A stretch of 64,000 nucleotides of DNA from Microbotryum violaceum (Eukaryota). A program made the position numbers and the translations under genes. Where the stretch lies: NCBI GenBank assembly GCA_001244265.2, contig CDLV01000006.1, forward strand, positions 1,550,001 through 1,614,000, given 5' to 3'. Position 1 is the first letter of the stretch, and every line of letters begins with the position of its first letter. The notes beneath the pieces were generated by a model that was given only the letters and a program-made list of their open reading frames with translations, was not told the origin of the DNA and did no database searches. Positions 1 through 12,823 of this stretch are shown here, piece after piece.

Positions 1-1020
1 CCGCCATAGGAGTCAAAGTCGAAGGGCCAGCCACCTTGACCTTGAGATGCTCGGTCCCGCCCATGGCAATCACATCAGCAAGAGCTTATATATCCGCCAT
101 TGCGGAGTGTAAAGATGAGCACCAGAGGGGCGCTAGAGCAAGGACTGATCTGACTTAGAGTAAGGAGCTCCGGGAGGGACAATCCTTCTTAGAGAACGGC
201 GACTTACTGGGCGCTTCCGAACGTATACGCTGACTACGTGCGTGGGATCCGGAATGATCCTTGCCTAATTGCAGCAGACCACCCCATTCCGAGCCCATTC
301 CCACTAATAGCAATAGCGTTGCCCCAAAGCCGTCCGGATGGCGGCGCACAGGCACGGCATGGCACCCGGCACCCTGTTGAATGCCTTGCCCAGAGAGGAA
401 CCTTCATTCCTCAGCATGATCCTTTTAATCAAGTCTAGGATTCTCTTCGACTTCGGGAGACGAGTCGCCGGAAACCACGACGAGGGGACGTCTGGTAGGT
501 GCCATGACGGTGGTGGGTCTTGACTTCGAAGTTCATCGGATGGGGTCCGAGGTGCGACTCAGCTGAGATCAGTGGTGTTATGAATGGCAGGTTGGGGTAT
601 CTGCACGCGATATAGGTCGTTTAAGTCCAAGAGTTGACCGAGACGGACTGTGTCGACGATGATGAAAGAAGTGAGCGTGTGAGAAGAGCAACCTGAATTT
701 GACATTGCACCTCGACGAGCGTCTGGACGTCAGGGCGTGCACCCCCACACACTCGGCCGGGAGTCCGGGACACGCGTAGTATAATGGCATCCCGGACTGG
801 TTCTTTATTTTATTTCACCATTAAAATCTACAGACATAACCATCATAACTTTTCTGCCCTCGACGCACGAGCATTTCGGAGCTCCAGACTATCAAATGAC
901 GCACACGGTCGGACCCCCTGACCCTGCCACTGCCTGCCAGCACTCACGCGCTCACGCGCTCGTTCAGCCAGCGTGTCACTGTCGCCCCCGTCTCCACGCC
1001 TCATCGCCAACCGCACCACC

Positions 1021-1567
1021 ATGTCCCTCCGCCGCGCCCCAATGGGCGTCATTCCACAATCGCCTGACGAGCAAAGAGCTCAAGCTGCGCGGGAATCACT
1101 CGATAGTCAGTACTACACTCGCTTCCTCTTGTTAACGCGACGCGTCGAACGCGGAGAGGCATTCCCATCCTTTCTTTGCGAAGCTGACACGGCGTGTAAC
1201 TTGTTCATTTCCTTGACGTCGTACAGTCCTCTTGGAGATGAGCACATTACTCAACACAGGTGAGACGATATGCTGTTACAATGCCCCATGCCGCTCATTC
1301 CTGAGCTAACGACCCCATCCACGTTCAATGACTCAGGCCTCGACCGAACCCAACTGGCCCTCTGCATCAAGATGTTAGAAGACGGTGTCAATCCCGACGC
1401 TTTGGCCGTGAGTACATCCACCCATGTGTCAAGATGCTCCGGCCTGGCCTGTTTCAGAATCTTCATGTTTCGTCGCATTGGTCAACTCGCAGGCCGTCAT
1501 TAGGGATCTGCGGGCCGAAGCGACGGGCAAGACGATCGGGTCGACGGGGTCGTTGGGTACACGCTGA
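1021..1567 (+). CDS. MZT1: Mitotic-spindle organizing protein 1 (MOZART1 family), 4 exons
   Basis: Spliced product reads ...QRAQAARESLD-ILLEMSTLLNT-GLDRTQLALCIKMLEDGVNPDALA-AVIRDLRAE..., the MOZART1 consensus. Three GT-AG introns; TGA at 1565-1567. The start could be ATG 1021 or 1042. Confidence 0.92.
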
Positions 1568-1687
1568 TACGAATTGCGTTGCAGTCATGGGAGGGGTTTA
1601 CGGATTTGCATTACTGCTGTTGTTGTGTTATTACGATATTGAGAAAGGAGCTGGTACAACAAGGTGGAAACCAGCGAGAAAAGGAGC

Positions 1688-2859
1688 TCAAACGACTCGA
1701 CTGAGAATCCGATAATCGACTTCTGGCTGGGAGAAGAAGGAGGGGTCGATCTCGTCGGTGCTGTACCTAATAATGAACGACTCGTCAGTCAATAACACCG
1801 ATAAGTCGGGAAAGAACGCGTACCCTTGACTCTCGTAGAACGCCAAAGCTTCGGCATTGGCTGTTCGAAGTCGCGGTTGTTTCACACCCCGAAACCCAGG
1901 GCCAATCAGCGTAAGGACTGAGGTGAATGGGAGAAATTGAAACTTACATTTGAGACATGTCAACATAACCTTGTCCATCTTCCAACCCTTGGCGATCCAT
2001 CCGAGACAATCCATCAACAGTTTAGCCGCTCGAGTTCGCCGCCGGGATGGGTCGACCTGAAGTTCGTAGCTATATCGAGCAGTCCCAGAGGAAGGTTCCG
2101 TCAGTACTAGCAAGGGAAGATCCATATACGACGTCTTTAGATATACCAATACACCACGTCGGCCAGTCGCGTTTCATGCGCCGTCTCCTCCGTATCAAAA
2201 CGGAAGATCGAAAACCCGATCAAATCCTCCGACGAGCTCGCTGACGGCGATTCTTGGCCCAACGATCGCAATACCAGGATTCTGGAATCTGAATGGAAGA
2301 GCTCTTTTCGTTTCTCTGTCGGGTCAAGCCCTTCGGAGGAAGAAGTGAGGCTATTCGGTGGGGTAAGAGTCCGTTAGGCGGGAGTATGAGCGATTGATGA
2401 TGATGGAAGCGATGTCTCACAGCTCTTTCATATTCTTTTCATAGAGATCCCAAATCCATGTCTTGGTCCGTTTCGGCAACGTCGCCGCCGTGTAGAGATC
2501 AATCGCGACTCTGCATACGGGAGAATGTGGGGTTGGGGTTCAGATCGTTCAGAGACAGTGAGCGCGTCGCGACGTGACGGGAGGACGGCGACACCAATAG
2601 ATAGAGCAGGCGGAGAAGGGTTGGATTACGAACTTGGTTCCATCTCTGAGGGAAGCTTCAAGTTTCCCACTGGGCAAATGGGGCATCAGCTTGGCGCCCT
2701 GCATCGCAAGCGTTGCCTGAAAGATAAAGCGACGAGGATGACCGCGAGGGAAGCAAGTCAGCTTCGTCGGGTAAGAGGGTCTTTGGGCGGCGTTGAGAAA
2801 GACGGAGACGCAACTCGTTTTGCCAATTGCAAGATAATGTGTGTCTGTTTCGGTGGCAT
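1688..2859 (-). CDS. NAT4: N-alpha-acetyltransferase 40 (histone H4/H2A N-terminal acetyltransferase, GNAT), 6 exons
   Basis: Spliced motifs WIWDLYEKNMKEL, EKRKELFHSDSRILV, GFSIFRFDTEE, VVYCYELQV, MDKVMLTCLKSNAEALAFYESQGYSTDEIDP and DYRILSR match Naa40/Nat4. The first exon and start (MPPKQTH) are less certain. Confidence 0.85.
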
Positions 2860-3177
2860 CTTGGACGGCGCTTCGTCGAAGAGAACGGGGACAAGGTCAG
2901 GCGCCGAGACTTGACTGTGCACTGCGAAGGCCACACCCGAGGCGAGGCACGAGGCCAAAAACTGATGGTATTGCAGGGAACGACAGGGTTATGCAGCAGA
3001 ACAAGGCAGAGTCAGAGATACGATATCTCCAGAACACAATGACACGACGGGAAGGAGGGAGAGAGGTGCAAAAATATAATATGCACGGAGGAAGAAGAGT
3101 ACATGCATTTATGAAACATTAGAACGATCGGCCGCCTGGTCATTCTCTTCTTTGACCCATCGACGCCGATCCAAGCG

Positions 3178-4665
3178 TCACCGCGGCGATTGGTCCTTCG
3201 AAGGTGAATCCGTTTCGTCGTCACTTGCCTTTGGAGTCGAGGGTGAGTCGGCATCGTTGGTTGGGGTGCCGATTCGAGGCGTTCGTCGGGGTCGTATCGG
3301 GGGTGCCGTTTTAATCGGTTTCGGGTTACGACCGTTTTTATCGCCCGTGGCCTTGGCCACCTCGGATGCCGACTCGGTCTTCCTGTCGTCTTCTTCGGTG
3401 CCTTCTGCTCGAGTCTGTTCGATCGAACTCTTGGGCTCGGACTCCTCGCCGTTTCCGTCCTGGTCCTGGGTCGGTTCAATCGCCTCCGCAGTGGTCGGTT
3501 CGGCTGCTTCAGTGACGACGACCGCGGGGTCTTCTGCCCGAGTCTCCTCGGATGTTTCTTCACTAGCGACGGTTTCCTTGACCTGTTCAAAATCCTGCTC
3601 GGCGGCTTGAGCAGTTTCGTCGACCTTCTTTCCTTCCCCATCTTGCTCGACGACGTGGACCGGCGGGTCCTGCGAATCCTGCGCCTCGTCGTCCCCGATC
3701 ACCATTCCCGAAGCCTGTCCATCATCCTCCCTTCCCAACCCATGCCCTCTCTCGACCACGCTCCCATTCGGTGGCTCATCCAAAACAGGACTGAGCAAAT
3801 CGCCCGCTCTCCCGATCCACGATTCGGCCGACCACCGTCTCTCATCCTCCCCACCGACCGAAACGTCCCTCGATCTCGACCTCACACGTTCGAGCCATTC
3901 TCCATCGACTTCATTGGTGGGGATCGTGAGAGCGGCGAGGGCTTCCCCTTTGAGTTGGAGGGCATCGTCTCGGCGTCGGACTTGGTTTATGGTCGGGTCG
4001 ATGCCGAGGGAAAGGAGGGTCGCTTGGACTTGTTCGAGGGCTTGCAGGTCCTCGTCGTCGAGTTCTTCTGTTTGATGTGCGGTCGTAGTCCAGATATCGG
4101 ACGGTGAGACACCGACCGGTCGGGTGAGGACAGGAGCGAGTGGATATAGGTACGGTCAGCGCAGGCGTTCTGACACGTAAGACCGGCCAAAACGTCACTC
4201 CTCACCATTATTCGAGGTCTATATATTCGAAGAAGAGGAAAGGGGGATGCGATACACCAAAAGTCAGTGTCAAAACAATGCTCGGGCCCGATCGCTTGAC
4301 GTGGCCTCCGCACTCGAGCTGCATCGCGATTCGAACCCGAAGAAGGCCAGACTGACCCTAACGATCGCCGGTGAGCTCGACACGGCCTTCTCGGGCGGTG
4401 TAGACGTAGGCGAAGCCGTGGTGGACGAAATGCTGTTCCACCCACTGAAAGTGACGCTCCTCATACGATTCCATACCGATCCTGAACCGGCAGCGGGAGG
4501 GGAAGGCAATAAAGGACTTGACGAGCGGCCAGGCGGTGAGGGTCGAGGAGGCAGCGGAGGCGGGTTCAGAGGCGGGTTGGGTTGGGGATGCAGTTGGGTC
4601 GGAGAGTCGGGTGGGGATTCGGGTATGGGTGCATCGTACGGACCGAGACCGGGTTGATCGTCCAT
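3178..4665 (-). CDS. Hypothetical low-complexity Pro/Ser/acidic protein, 3 exons including a 13-nt micro-exon
   Basis: ATG 4665 (MDDQPG...), GTCAGT donor, micro-exon 4206-4218 flanked by TAG/GTGAGG, then a CAG acceptor into a long open frame (EELDDEDLQALEQVQATLLSLG...SWIGRAGDLLSPVLDEP...). No recognisable domain. Confidence 0.65.
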
Positions 4666-5366
4666 AGGTGGTGCATGCGGTGCGTTGGACAAGGACAAAG
4701 AGGAGCGCGCGAGGTGATAATACGGGCGCGAGCTACTTAAAACCTGTTGCTTCACAGCTGCCGAGTTGGGCCCAATACGCCTCAGCAGGCCCTGCCAGTA
4801 GTAACTTAAGTGGCTCGCCCCGCGCCTGGGGCCTCGGGCACGTGAGTAGGTGAGACTTGCTGCCAGGCTGAACGGCCCCGTCGCCTTGAAACAAAAGCAC
4901 AAGCTCGTCAGCCCCAGGCATGATGAATGACATAATCTTCACTAGACGCGCGAGTCGAGTTTATGAACTAAGGACTCAGTATGGCCAACCGTTTCATTTT
5001 CAAGCTGTCGAGCCGTTCGGACCCGGCCGGCGCGCCGTCGATCGATCGGGCCCGGGGCTGTTGCAAATCAGGGGTCCGTGCGCAGCGGCCGAATGCTCCC
5101 GTTTCACCCGTCAGCTCTTGCTCTCTCTGGTTCACCCCATCCTGTCCCGACCCTACACAGCGGCAACAACACACGAACCGGCTTTGAGGTTTCCTGGAGG
5201 GCTCGGAAGGTGAACGAAACTTTTGATCGCGCTTGTACTGGTCAAGGCCCCCGATCATTGGCCGCGGGACGAGCGCGAGCACCAACGCCCACCATCATTC
5301 AACAAGCCGTCACCGCCGTCACCGAACCCCCGTCAGTGCCCTCACATCACCCGCTACAAGCTCGAC

Positions 5367-8300
5367 ATGTCGTCCGAATCATCCATCAGCGTAGCGGTAG
5401 GTTATACTAGATCACTCGCACTCCCACCCTCATCCTTGTCCTGTACTGACTCCAGCATCGCTCAACGCTCGCTCCAGGTGCGCGTGCGACCGTTCAGCAC
5501 AAAGGAGCGCCTGCACCTCGCGTCCAACGAACCCGTCGCCCCCGTCATTTTCTCCTCCGACCCTTCGCCGAGCACAAGCACCCACACAACTCATTCGACG
5601 CCCCAACCTACTCGCCTCCAGACCGGTTCAGGAGGGATGCGCAAGGTCGTCAAAGTGCTCGACGAACGAATTCTCGTTTTCGATCCCCCCGATCCCACCT
5701 CGGCCGCTACCATCGCTGCGGCTCGATTGGCCGGTCAGATGCCGCAGATGGGCAAGAAATCCAAGGACATCAGGTTCTGCTTCGATCGCGTGTTCGATGA
5801 GGGGTGTTGTCAGGAGGACGTTTATGAGGGCAGCGCAAAGGAGCTGGTCGGGCACGTAATGAATGGGTTTAACTCGACCGTTTTCGCTTATGGGGTGCGT
5901 TCCATCGCTTCGGTGTCTTGAATTGGCGGTCGAATTGGAAGGATGCTGATTCAACCTCTGCATTGCTCAGGCCACGGGATGCGGGAAGACACACACCATT
6001 TCCGGGACAGCGGATCAACCAGGTGTCGTCTTCCTCATCATGAAGGATTTATTCGGGCGCATGCAAGCCCGAGCCGACGACACCGACTTCGCGCTCAAGG
6101 TGTCGTACCTCGAAATCTACAACGAGACGATCCGCGACTTGCTCCAGCCGGAATTGGGGACGTTGCAGCTCCGTGAAAGCGCTGGGATGGCCAATGTCGC
6201 CAGGCTCAGCAGCAAGGAACCGAGTTGTGCCGCCGATGTCGTCGGTTGGATCACCGAAGGCAACATGAACAGAACCGTCAACGCAACCGAAGCGAACGCG
6301 ACCTCCTCTCGCTCCCACGCTGTGCTTCAAGTCACGGTCACGCAAAAGCCCAAAGCCGAAGGCTTGACGGATTCGCAGTCGTCAGCCACCTTGTCCATCA
6401 TCGACCTGGCCGGTTCGGAACGAGCGAGCGTGACCAAGAACAAGGGAGAACGATTGATCGAAGGCGCCAACATCAATCGATCCTTGTTGGCGTTGGGCAA
6501 CTGCATCAACGCGCTGTGCGATCCTCGAAGCCGCGGTCACGTCCCTTACCGAGATTCAAAGCTCACGCGACTGCTCAAACCCTCTCTGGGAGGTAACTGC
6601 AAGACCGTCATGATTGTCTGCGTTTCTCCCGCAAGCGTGCACTACGACGAGACCCATAACACGCTGCAGTACGCGAATCGTGCCAAGGACATCAAGACCA
6701 AAGCGATTCGCAACTTCATTTCGGTCGATCGTCACGTCGCGTCGTACTGCAAGCAAATCGCCGAACAAGCCGAGCGGATCAAGGTGCTCGAAGCAGCGTT
6801 CGAAGCGGAGAAGAACCGAACCAACGCCGCTAACGTCGATGATGACGTTCGAGAAGTCGCTGCGATCTTGAGACCGCTCTCGGCGACATGGGAGACGTTC
6901 CGAGCTCGTCGGGCAGATGCGACACAGGCTGCTTCGCAGAAACTCATCGTCGATTCGATGCTCAATGTCCTGCAAAGTTGGCGAGCGACCGCTTTCGGTC
7001 AATACGATACGGCACAAAGCCCTTCTGGATCTTCGACGCTCGCAGCTGCATCCGTCGTCACCGTCGTCCGGAACAACTGTGACGGTCTAATCGGCACCCT
7101 CAGCTCTCAATCGGCGATGCTGCGCGAAAGGGCCAGTCGAGCCTCGGACCCAAACGAGATGTTTCCTCCCATGCTGGCGCGTGTCACCTCGAGTCTGAGA
7201 TCGAAGCGGCCTTCCGCGGTCCCTCTTTTCGAACTCGAAGCTCGAATGCTCGATCAACGACTGGCGACCTCTCTCGCCGAAGCGAGCGAACAAGGGCAGA
7301 TCGAAGGATCCAAGTTGCAGGTCCGAGTTATGCACGCCATGTGCGAAGCGCGAGCCAAGATCGGCTCCGCTGCGGAAACAGCGAGGGAGGATGGGGCCGA
7401 GTCCGTGAGGGCTTTACTTCGCCTGGCGGATGGGATCGATAATGCGAATCGGGACGCATTCCTCAGTCTCTCGATGGGGTCGTCGCTTTCGGCCGGGGCG
7501 GGTACGAAGCGGGATGCGGGGTCAAGATCGCCGTTGCAGATGGACGACATGTGGTCCGCCAAGAGTCCTCGATCGGCATTATCGGGTCTGGGCTCGACTT
7601 CGGCGGGTATTTTTGGCTCTCTGTCACCTGCTAAGGGGGGATTGAGCAACTACCGTCGGACGAGTCCTAAGAAACCCGTGACGTTCCCTCTTCGCGCTGA
7701 TCGGGCGTCGGCATCGCCCAAGAAGCAACGGAAAGAGGTTCAATGGCGCGATGAGACGGGAGATGGTGACTTGGCTTCCTTCAAAGATCGCTCTCCGTCA
7801 ACGATGGATGAGAACTCCATGAATGATATCCCCTCACTCAGATTTACGGCCTGGGCTTCGTCCTCGAGCGTCGACGACAGTGGAGCTTCGAACGAAGCAG
7901 AAATGATGGCTCAAAAAGCTCGATCCTCGACCGGTCCGAGTCGAAAGGGAGCCTCGGGGGCTCGTCTCATACCTCTACCTCGTGCCTCGAACGTTGATAG
8001 CAATTTCTTCCTTCGAGACGAAGACTCGTTGGACGCGATCTCGATGCCCCCACCTTCTTCAACATCCTACTTGTCCTCGTCCTCAGCTTCTATCCCTCGG
8101 AACCCATTCTCCGATCTTGGTAACACCTCTATGGCCTCGTCGACTTCGGGTCTAGCGGCGCCGATCGTCCCCATCAAATCGACAATGTCCAAAGTCTTCC
8201 CTTCTCTGACCATGACACCCGACGATAGTCCAGCCGGACGAGCCGCTCGACGAGCTTCCAGCATAGGACCGCAACGATCGGCCAAAGCAAGTCGTCGGAC

Positions 8301-8769
8301 ATCGGCGATTGGTCTGCCCGTTCCACCACCTCTTCCTTCGACATCAGCTTCCTCCGCAGCTTCTTCCTCCGTGCCAGGGGCCCCCTTCTCCTTCGCCACT
8401 TCAACACGCCGAGCAGCTCGAGTTTCCTCCGTCCCTCTAGTACCTATGAGTGCCCGTCGCTCACCCCGCAAAATGCTTTCCATGGGCGGGTCATCCGCCG
8501 TCAATCGTCGACTCTCTCATGTTCCCTCCGCTCCTCCGTTGTTGGGTTCGTCCGCTCCGAGCTTCACTTTTGGAGCCAAGAGTCAAGCGAGGATCGCGGC
8601 TAGAAGGGAATCGAGTATGGCTACGATGGGCGGGACAATGACTGCGTCCTCTTCCAAATCGGGTGATAGTCCTTCACCCCCTAATGCGTTGATCCCGGGA
8701 GGAAGGAAAGGTTCACCTCCGGGGAGTGGACCCAAATCCACTACGATGTCGACCACTCAGTGGCGGTGA
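5367..8769 (+). CDS. KIP3: Kinesin-8 motor protein, 3 exons
   Basis: MSSESSISVA|VRVRP, FCFDRVFD, P-loop AYG|ATGCGKTHT (kinesin-8 type), NATSSRSHA, DLAGSERAS, HVPYRDSKLTRLLK and LGGNCKTVMI, followed by a long Ser/Pro-rich tail. Introns are about 5397-5478 and 5895-5970. Confidence 0.95.
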
Positions 8770-9109
8770 TCACTTCTTGGTTGCAGCCGCTTTGTTCTGA
8801 TGAGTTAGTACTTGCATTTCACGTACCCCATACCCATGCCCATGCCCAATCCTTCTTTGATTTCATCGTTACCCCCTCTTGCCATCTTGATTTTTTTTTT
8901 CTACATAGTTTATTGACTCCCTCCGAGTGGTGTGGAGTTTATCTGTCTCGAGCTGTCATGTCAAACGCATTTCCTTCAATCCTGGCAAATTTTCGGGCGT
9001 TGTGGACGACTGAGGGATGCGAATTGCAGGGTTCTCAAAGCGAAAGAAACGTGATGAGAAACAGAAAACAATACAAGGACGGATCAGAAGGTGAACAAAG
9101 AAGACAGCA

Positions 9110-10137
9110 TCATGAGGAGGTCGAAGCAGATGCGACGGGCTCGACCGGTTCGGTGCTCGGGTCCGCGGCGATGGGTTGAGAGGGTGGAGGTTCTGAAGTT
9201 GAAGGAGCCTCTTGAGAAGCGCTGGCCGCGTGTTGAGGTGCATCGGCTTCGAGGAAGGGATCGAAAGTGACTGTAGAGTGAGTAAACAGTAGAGTCAGCT
9301 AAAAGTCGCGCACGCTTCATCGCAAGGAGTACTGACGTTGCCCGGGGTATCCATTCCGATCTAAAATCCGCTCCGTCCATTGATCATTCCTCCCATCTGC
9401 AGCACGAGATCCGCCACCAGGTCCACCCCGACCTCCGGAAGGATGCGCCGATCTTCTCGCATCCCCGCCCTCTGCATGTGCTCGACTCGATCGATTTTGG
9501 TTGCTCGAGGGTCCGAATCCAAAGCGACTGGGGAAGCCTCCTGAATTGTTTTTGCTGCTTTCGGGACGGTCGGGTGCGTGAGTGTGGGATTGGAGGGGAC
9601 TAAAACGTGATGGTTTCTGAGGAAAACAAGGAAAGCTTTCAGTGCGCTAAGGATCTTCAGGTGGGAGGGCAGCCTCTGAGCGCCAACGCTCCAAACTGAC
9701 CGGACTCTCTGACCCCGACCCGACTTCGTCCTCATCATCCACTACGTAATCCTCATCCATCCCAGCCTCATCATCCACAACAGTCTCACGTTTCGACCTC
9801 GACCCCCTCTTGTCCAAGCGATACTCCGCATCCTCCTCCTCATCATCAATCACGACCGATTCCCCACCTGCTCTGACCGCATCATCCTCATCGTCTATCC
9901 CATCGGAGGAATCGAGGTGGTCGGAATCCAAGGGATCGGATAGGCTGCGGGTGTGGTTTACTTTGGAAGGGGGAGTTGAGGTCTTGCGACGCGAGGAACG
10001 AGATGCTCCACCTGGTGGGGGAGGGGAGGGGGCCTGCGAGGAGGGGAGGGAAGCTCAGTCATGTGTTATGGCAGGGCGGGGTACTCGAGCCAGGGCGGTG
10101 TACTTACGGGCGTCAATGACCCTTCAGGACCTTGCAT
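9110..10137 (-). CDS. Hypothetical acidic/low-complexity protein, 4 exons
   Basis: ATG 10137 MQGPEGSLTP|GTAAGT. Three canonical introns keep the frame through an acidic segment (DDEDDAV...DEDYVVDDEDE), a Gly-rich segment and QWTERILDRNGYPGQLTFDPF to TGA 9110-9112. No family recognised. Confidence 0.65.
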
Positions 10138-10633
10138 CGTGGGATTGAGCGCGGCGAGAGACGGGAGGCAGCGGGGTAAAATGTCAAAGCGTGCACCGGT
10201 GAGCCAAACGTGACTTGTCAGTTTTGGGCAGTTTGGGTGGGACGCGCCGGCGCCGAGTCTGAACGGGACAGTGGCCAACGGAGTAGTAAGCATTGCAACA
10301 AGCTTGCCGAGTGCCGGGTTTTAAGTTTTTCTGTAGTTAATCCCCCCGTCCGATGATGAGTCGCGGCCAGAAAAACAAATCCTAATCGATCTAGCTCAAA
10401 CTCATCGAGACGCGATAATTCCATAAGTATCGTGCTACGCAGATGGCTGCTACAGCTCCAAAGTAGGCCACACGTGCGCTTGAGGTGTTGAATCGTCATC
10501 GTGGCCAGTAGTGCGACGGCCGACCGGCCCGAGCGATAGTGCAACCGTCCCGGCTCCGAGAAGAGGGGCTCGTCCGTTCTCTCGCGCAAGGGAACGCCGT
10601 TTCGCACTCGGTTCGCTTGAATTGCTTCCGCGC

Positions 10634-10680
10634 CTCTCGCTCCCGCTCTCCCTCTCCCTCTCCCTCTCCCTCTCCCTCCC
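10634..10680. repeat. (CTCTCC)n pyrimidine tract upstream of the SDR gene
   Basis: Direct reading of tandem CTCTCC/CTCCCT units, located just before a putative 5'UTR exon. Confidence 0.8.
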
Positions 10681-10712
10681 ACCACGCCCAATCTCCCACG
10701 CTCAGCACTCAG

Positions 10713-11117
10713 GTATGTTTCCGTCACCGTCACTTACCTCCCCCGTCTGCTCCTTTGCGGACCTCAGCCGCGCTCTCTCGCTGCCTGCAAGCCTCGGTCG
10801 TTCGTTGCGCTGTTCGGAATCGTGTCGTCATCGACCGGGCCGCCGCAGCGCGCGGGCCTGGAGAGGAGAGAGAGGAGAGCGCCTTCGTCGGCGAAAACGT
10901 TGACATCGAGACACGCAAGCACGATTGTTATAGATCGCATCGGGGATGGACACTGCCTCGAGTGTCCACTTGTCGCCGTCCTATGCTCCGCACCGTCATG
11001 TTGATCGCCTGCTCGAGCTTTGACCGACCACGACCGACAGCAGCAAAACCTGCTTCGCGAAGCCAACCTACCCTACAACGGCCATGAATCTGACAAACTC
11101 GTGATGCTCGCCTACAG
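10713..11117 (+). other. Putative 5'UTR intron of the SDR gene
   Basis: Strong donor CAG|GTATGT at 10713, branch TCTGAC near 11089 and acceptor CCTACAG ending at 11117, 19 nt before the SDR ATG. Confidence 0.5.
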
Positions 11118-11136
11118 CTTCTGTTGAACTCTCAAC

Positions 11137-12329
11137 ATGCCTTTCGAAATCGACCTCAAGGGGAAGAACGTTCTTGTCACCGGTGGTGGTCGGGGCCTCG
11201 GTAGCCACATTGCTCGCTCTTTGGCCGAGGCCGGTGCCAACATCGCTTTGACATGTACGCTTACTTCTCGCTCGAGCATGCGTTTCCACCCCAAACTGAT
11301 CCTAGTGAACTTTGTCATCGCCTCCCCGTAGACAACGCCTCACCCGCGGACAAGATCGCCAAACAGCTCGAAGAGGAGTTCAAGGGCATCAAGGTCGGAT
11401 CGTACAAGATGCCCGCCGACGACTCCAAGGCCATCGACGAGGCCGTCAAGCTCATCACCAAGGACTTGGGCGAGCTCGATGTCGTCATCGCCAACGCCGG
11501 GATCTGCATCCACCAGGATGCTGAGAAGATGACCGACAGTGAGTTTGCGCTCCGATCTTCAGACTCGATGTCTTTGATCATGCAGAACGGCCCCACCAAC
11601 TCTGACGCAAGTCTCCACTCCTTACAGAGGAGTTCGAGGACGTTTTCAAGGTCAACACTTTTGGCCCTTACTACCTTGCCCGAGCAGGTTCGTCGGCTGC
11701 TCACCCTGCCAGGCGGTGTATTACATACCCACACTGTGTACTGATTTCCCTCTTTCACTGATGTATGCCTGACGAGCAGCATATCAATCTTGGTTCCCCA
11801 CCGGTAACGAAGAGCCCAAGGACAAGGTCATCCTTTTCGTGTCCTCCATCTCGGGCCTCATCACCAACACCCCTCAAAACCAATGCGCCTACAGTCAGTC
11901 ACGGCCTGCCTCTGTCCATCTCTATGTCCGAATTCATGACTGACCTGAACAAATCTCTCTCCCTCCAAAGACGGATCCAAGGCTGCTCTCACTCACCTCG
12001 GTCGCTCGTTGGCAGGCGAGTGGGTCTCCAAGGGCGTGCGCGTCAACACCCTCTCCCCCGGCTATATTTCGACCGAGATGTCCGAAGGATCCGAGTCGGG
12101 CAAGAAGAACGCCGCCGAATGGCGCGAGCGCACCCCAATGAAGAGGTTCGCCAAACCCAAGGAGATCGCAGACATGTTGGTCGTCTTGGCCAGTGGGAGG
12201 AGTTCGTACATGACCGGAAGTGATGTCGTCGTTGATGGTGGTTGTAAGTTGTGGAATCGAGAGTTCGGGAGGATTTGAGGTCATGAATTGATGACTGACC
12301 TCTGTTTCGGCACAGACACGATCTTCTGA
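11137..12329 (+). CDS. Short-chain dehydrogenase/reductase (polyol/mannitol/sorbose reductase-like), 6 exons
   Basis: TGGGRGLG cofactor motif, ANAGI, VSSISG, catalytic YNGSK (split by an intron), VRVNTLSPGY, TPMKRFAKPKEI and SYMTGSDVVVDGG|YTIF-stop. Confidence 0.93.
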
Positions 12330-12475
12330 AAAGGGGACTTTTATCGTCTTGAGATTTGGTACGAACGACGAAGGGAGTTGCATCCTGGTAGGAACTAGTG
12401 ATATGGAGAAGAACTGCACTGAGTACAAAACCATCTTTTACAAAACGTTGGAGTACTTAACGCGGACCAAGGCCA

Positions 12476-12823
12476 TGTTGCTGTCGGCCGGGCCGATTGG
12501 CGATTTCTGCTCTTGCCTAAAACTTTCTCATGATTTAGTATTGGCGCGTTTTACACTTTTCCAAAGTTTCTACGTATAATTATTGAATACCATCGAATAT
12601 AAAAATAATAAAAGAGCTCGGTCTCTAGTAGCGCTTTTGCGCTCTTTCAAGTGTTCGCCTTCTGCTTCACTACTTCTAAAATCACTTGGCCGCATCGTCT
12701 GTCGCCTCTGTGACCTATTAGTTCAGGTATGTGAAGATTGCAATCATGCAATTTATTACTTCTACAACTCACTTGGCCGCACCGTCTATCGCCTCTACGA
12801 CCCATTGGTTCGGGGGTTCAACA
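12476..12823 (+). repeat. Putative 5' LTR of the copia remnant
   Basis: Bounded by inverted TGTTG (12476) and CAACA (12823). It is followed directly by GGTTACGAAGCC, which resembles the GGTTATGAGCC start of fungal copia internal regions. No matching 3' LTR seen. Confidence 0.5.

Noticed and set aside
1..560. Possible exon fragments on the minus strand (ALADVIAMGGTEHLKVKVAG...)
   Set aside because: I could not build a consistent spliced model or recognise a family. It may belong to a gene outside the window.
762..798. Inverted repeat AGTCCGGGA...TCCCGGACT enclosing an A-box-like TAGTATAATGG, suggesting a tRNA or a Helitron end
   Set aside because: No cloverleaf, anticodon arm or B-box, and no properly placed CTAG terminus. 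A 9-bp stem can arise by chance.
1021..8769. MZT1 and KIP3 close together as a possible spindle gene cluster
   Set aside because: They are separated by unrelated genes and show no shared regulatory signal. Chance adjacency is likely in a gene-dense genome.
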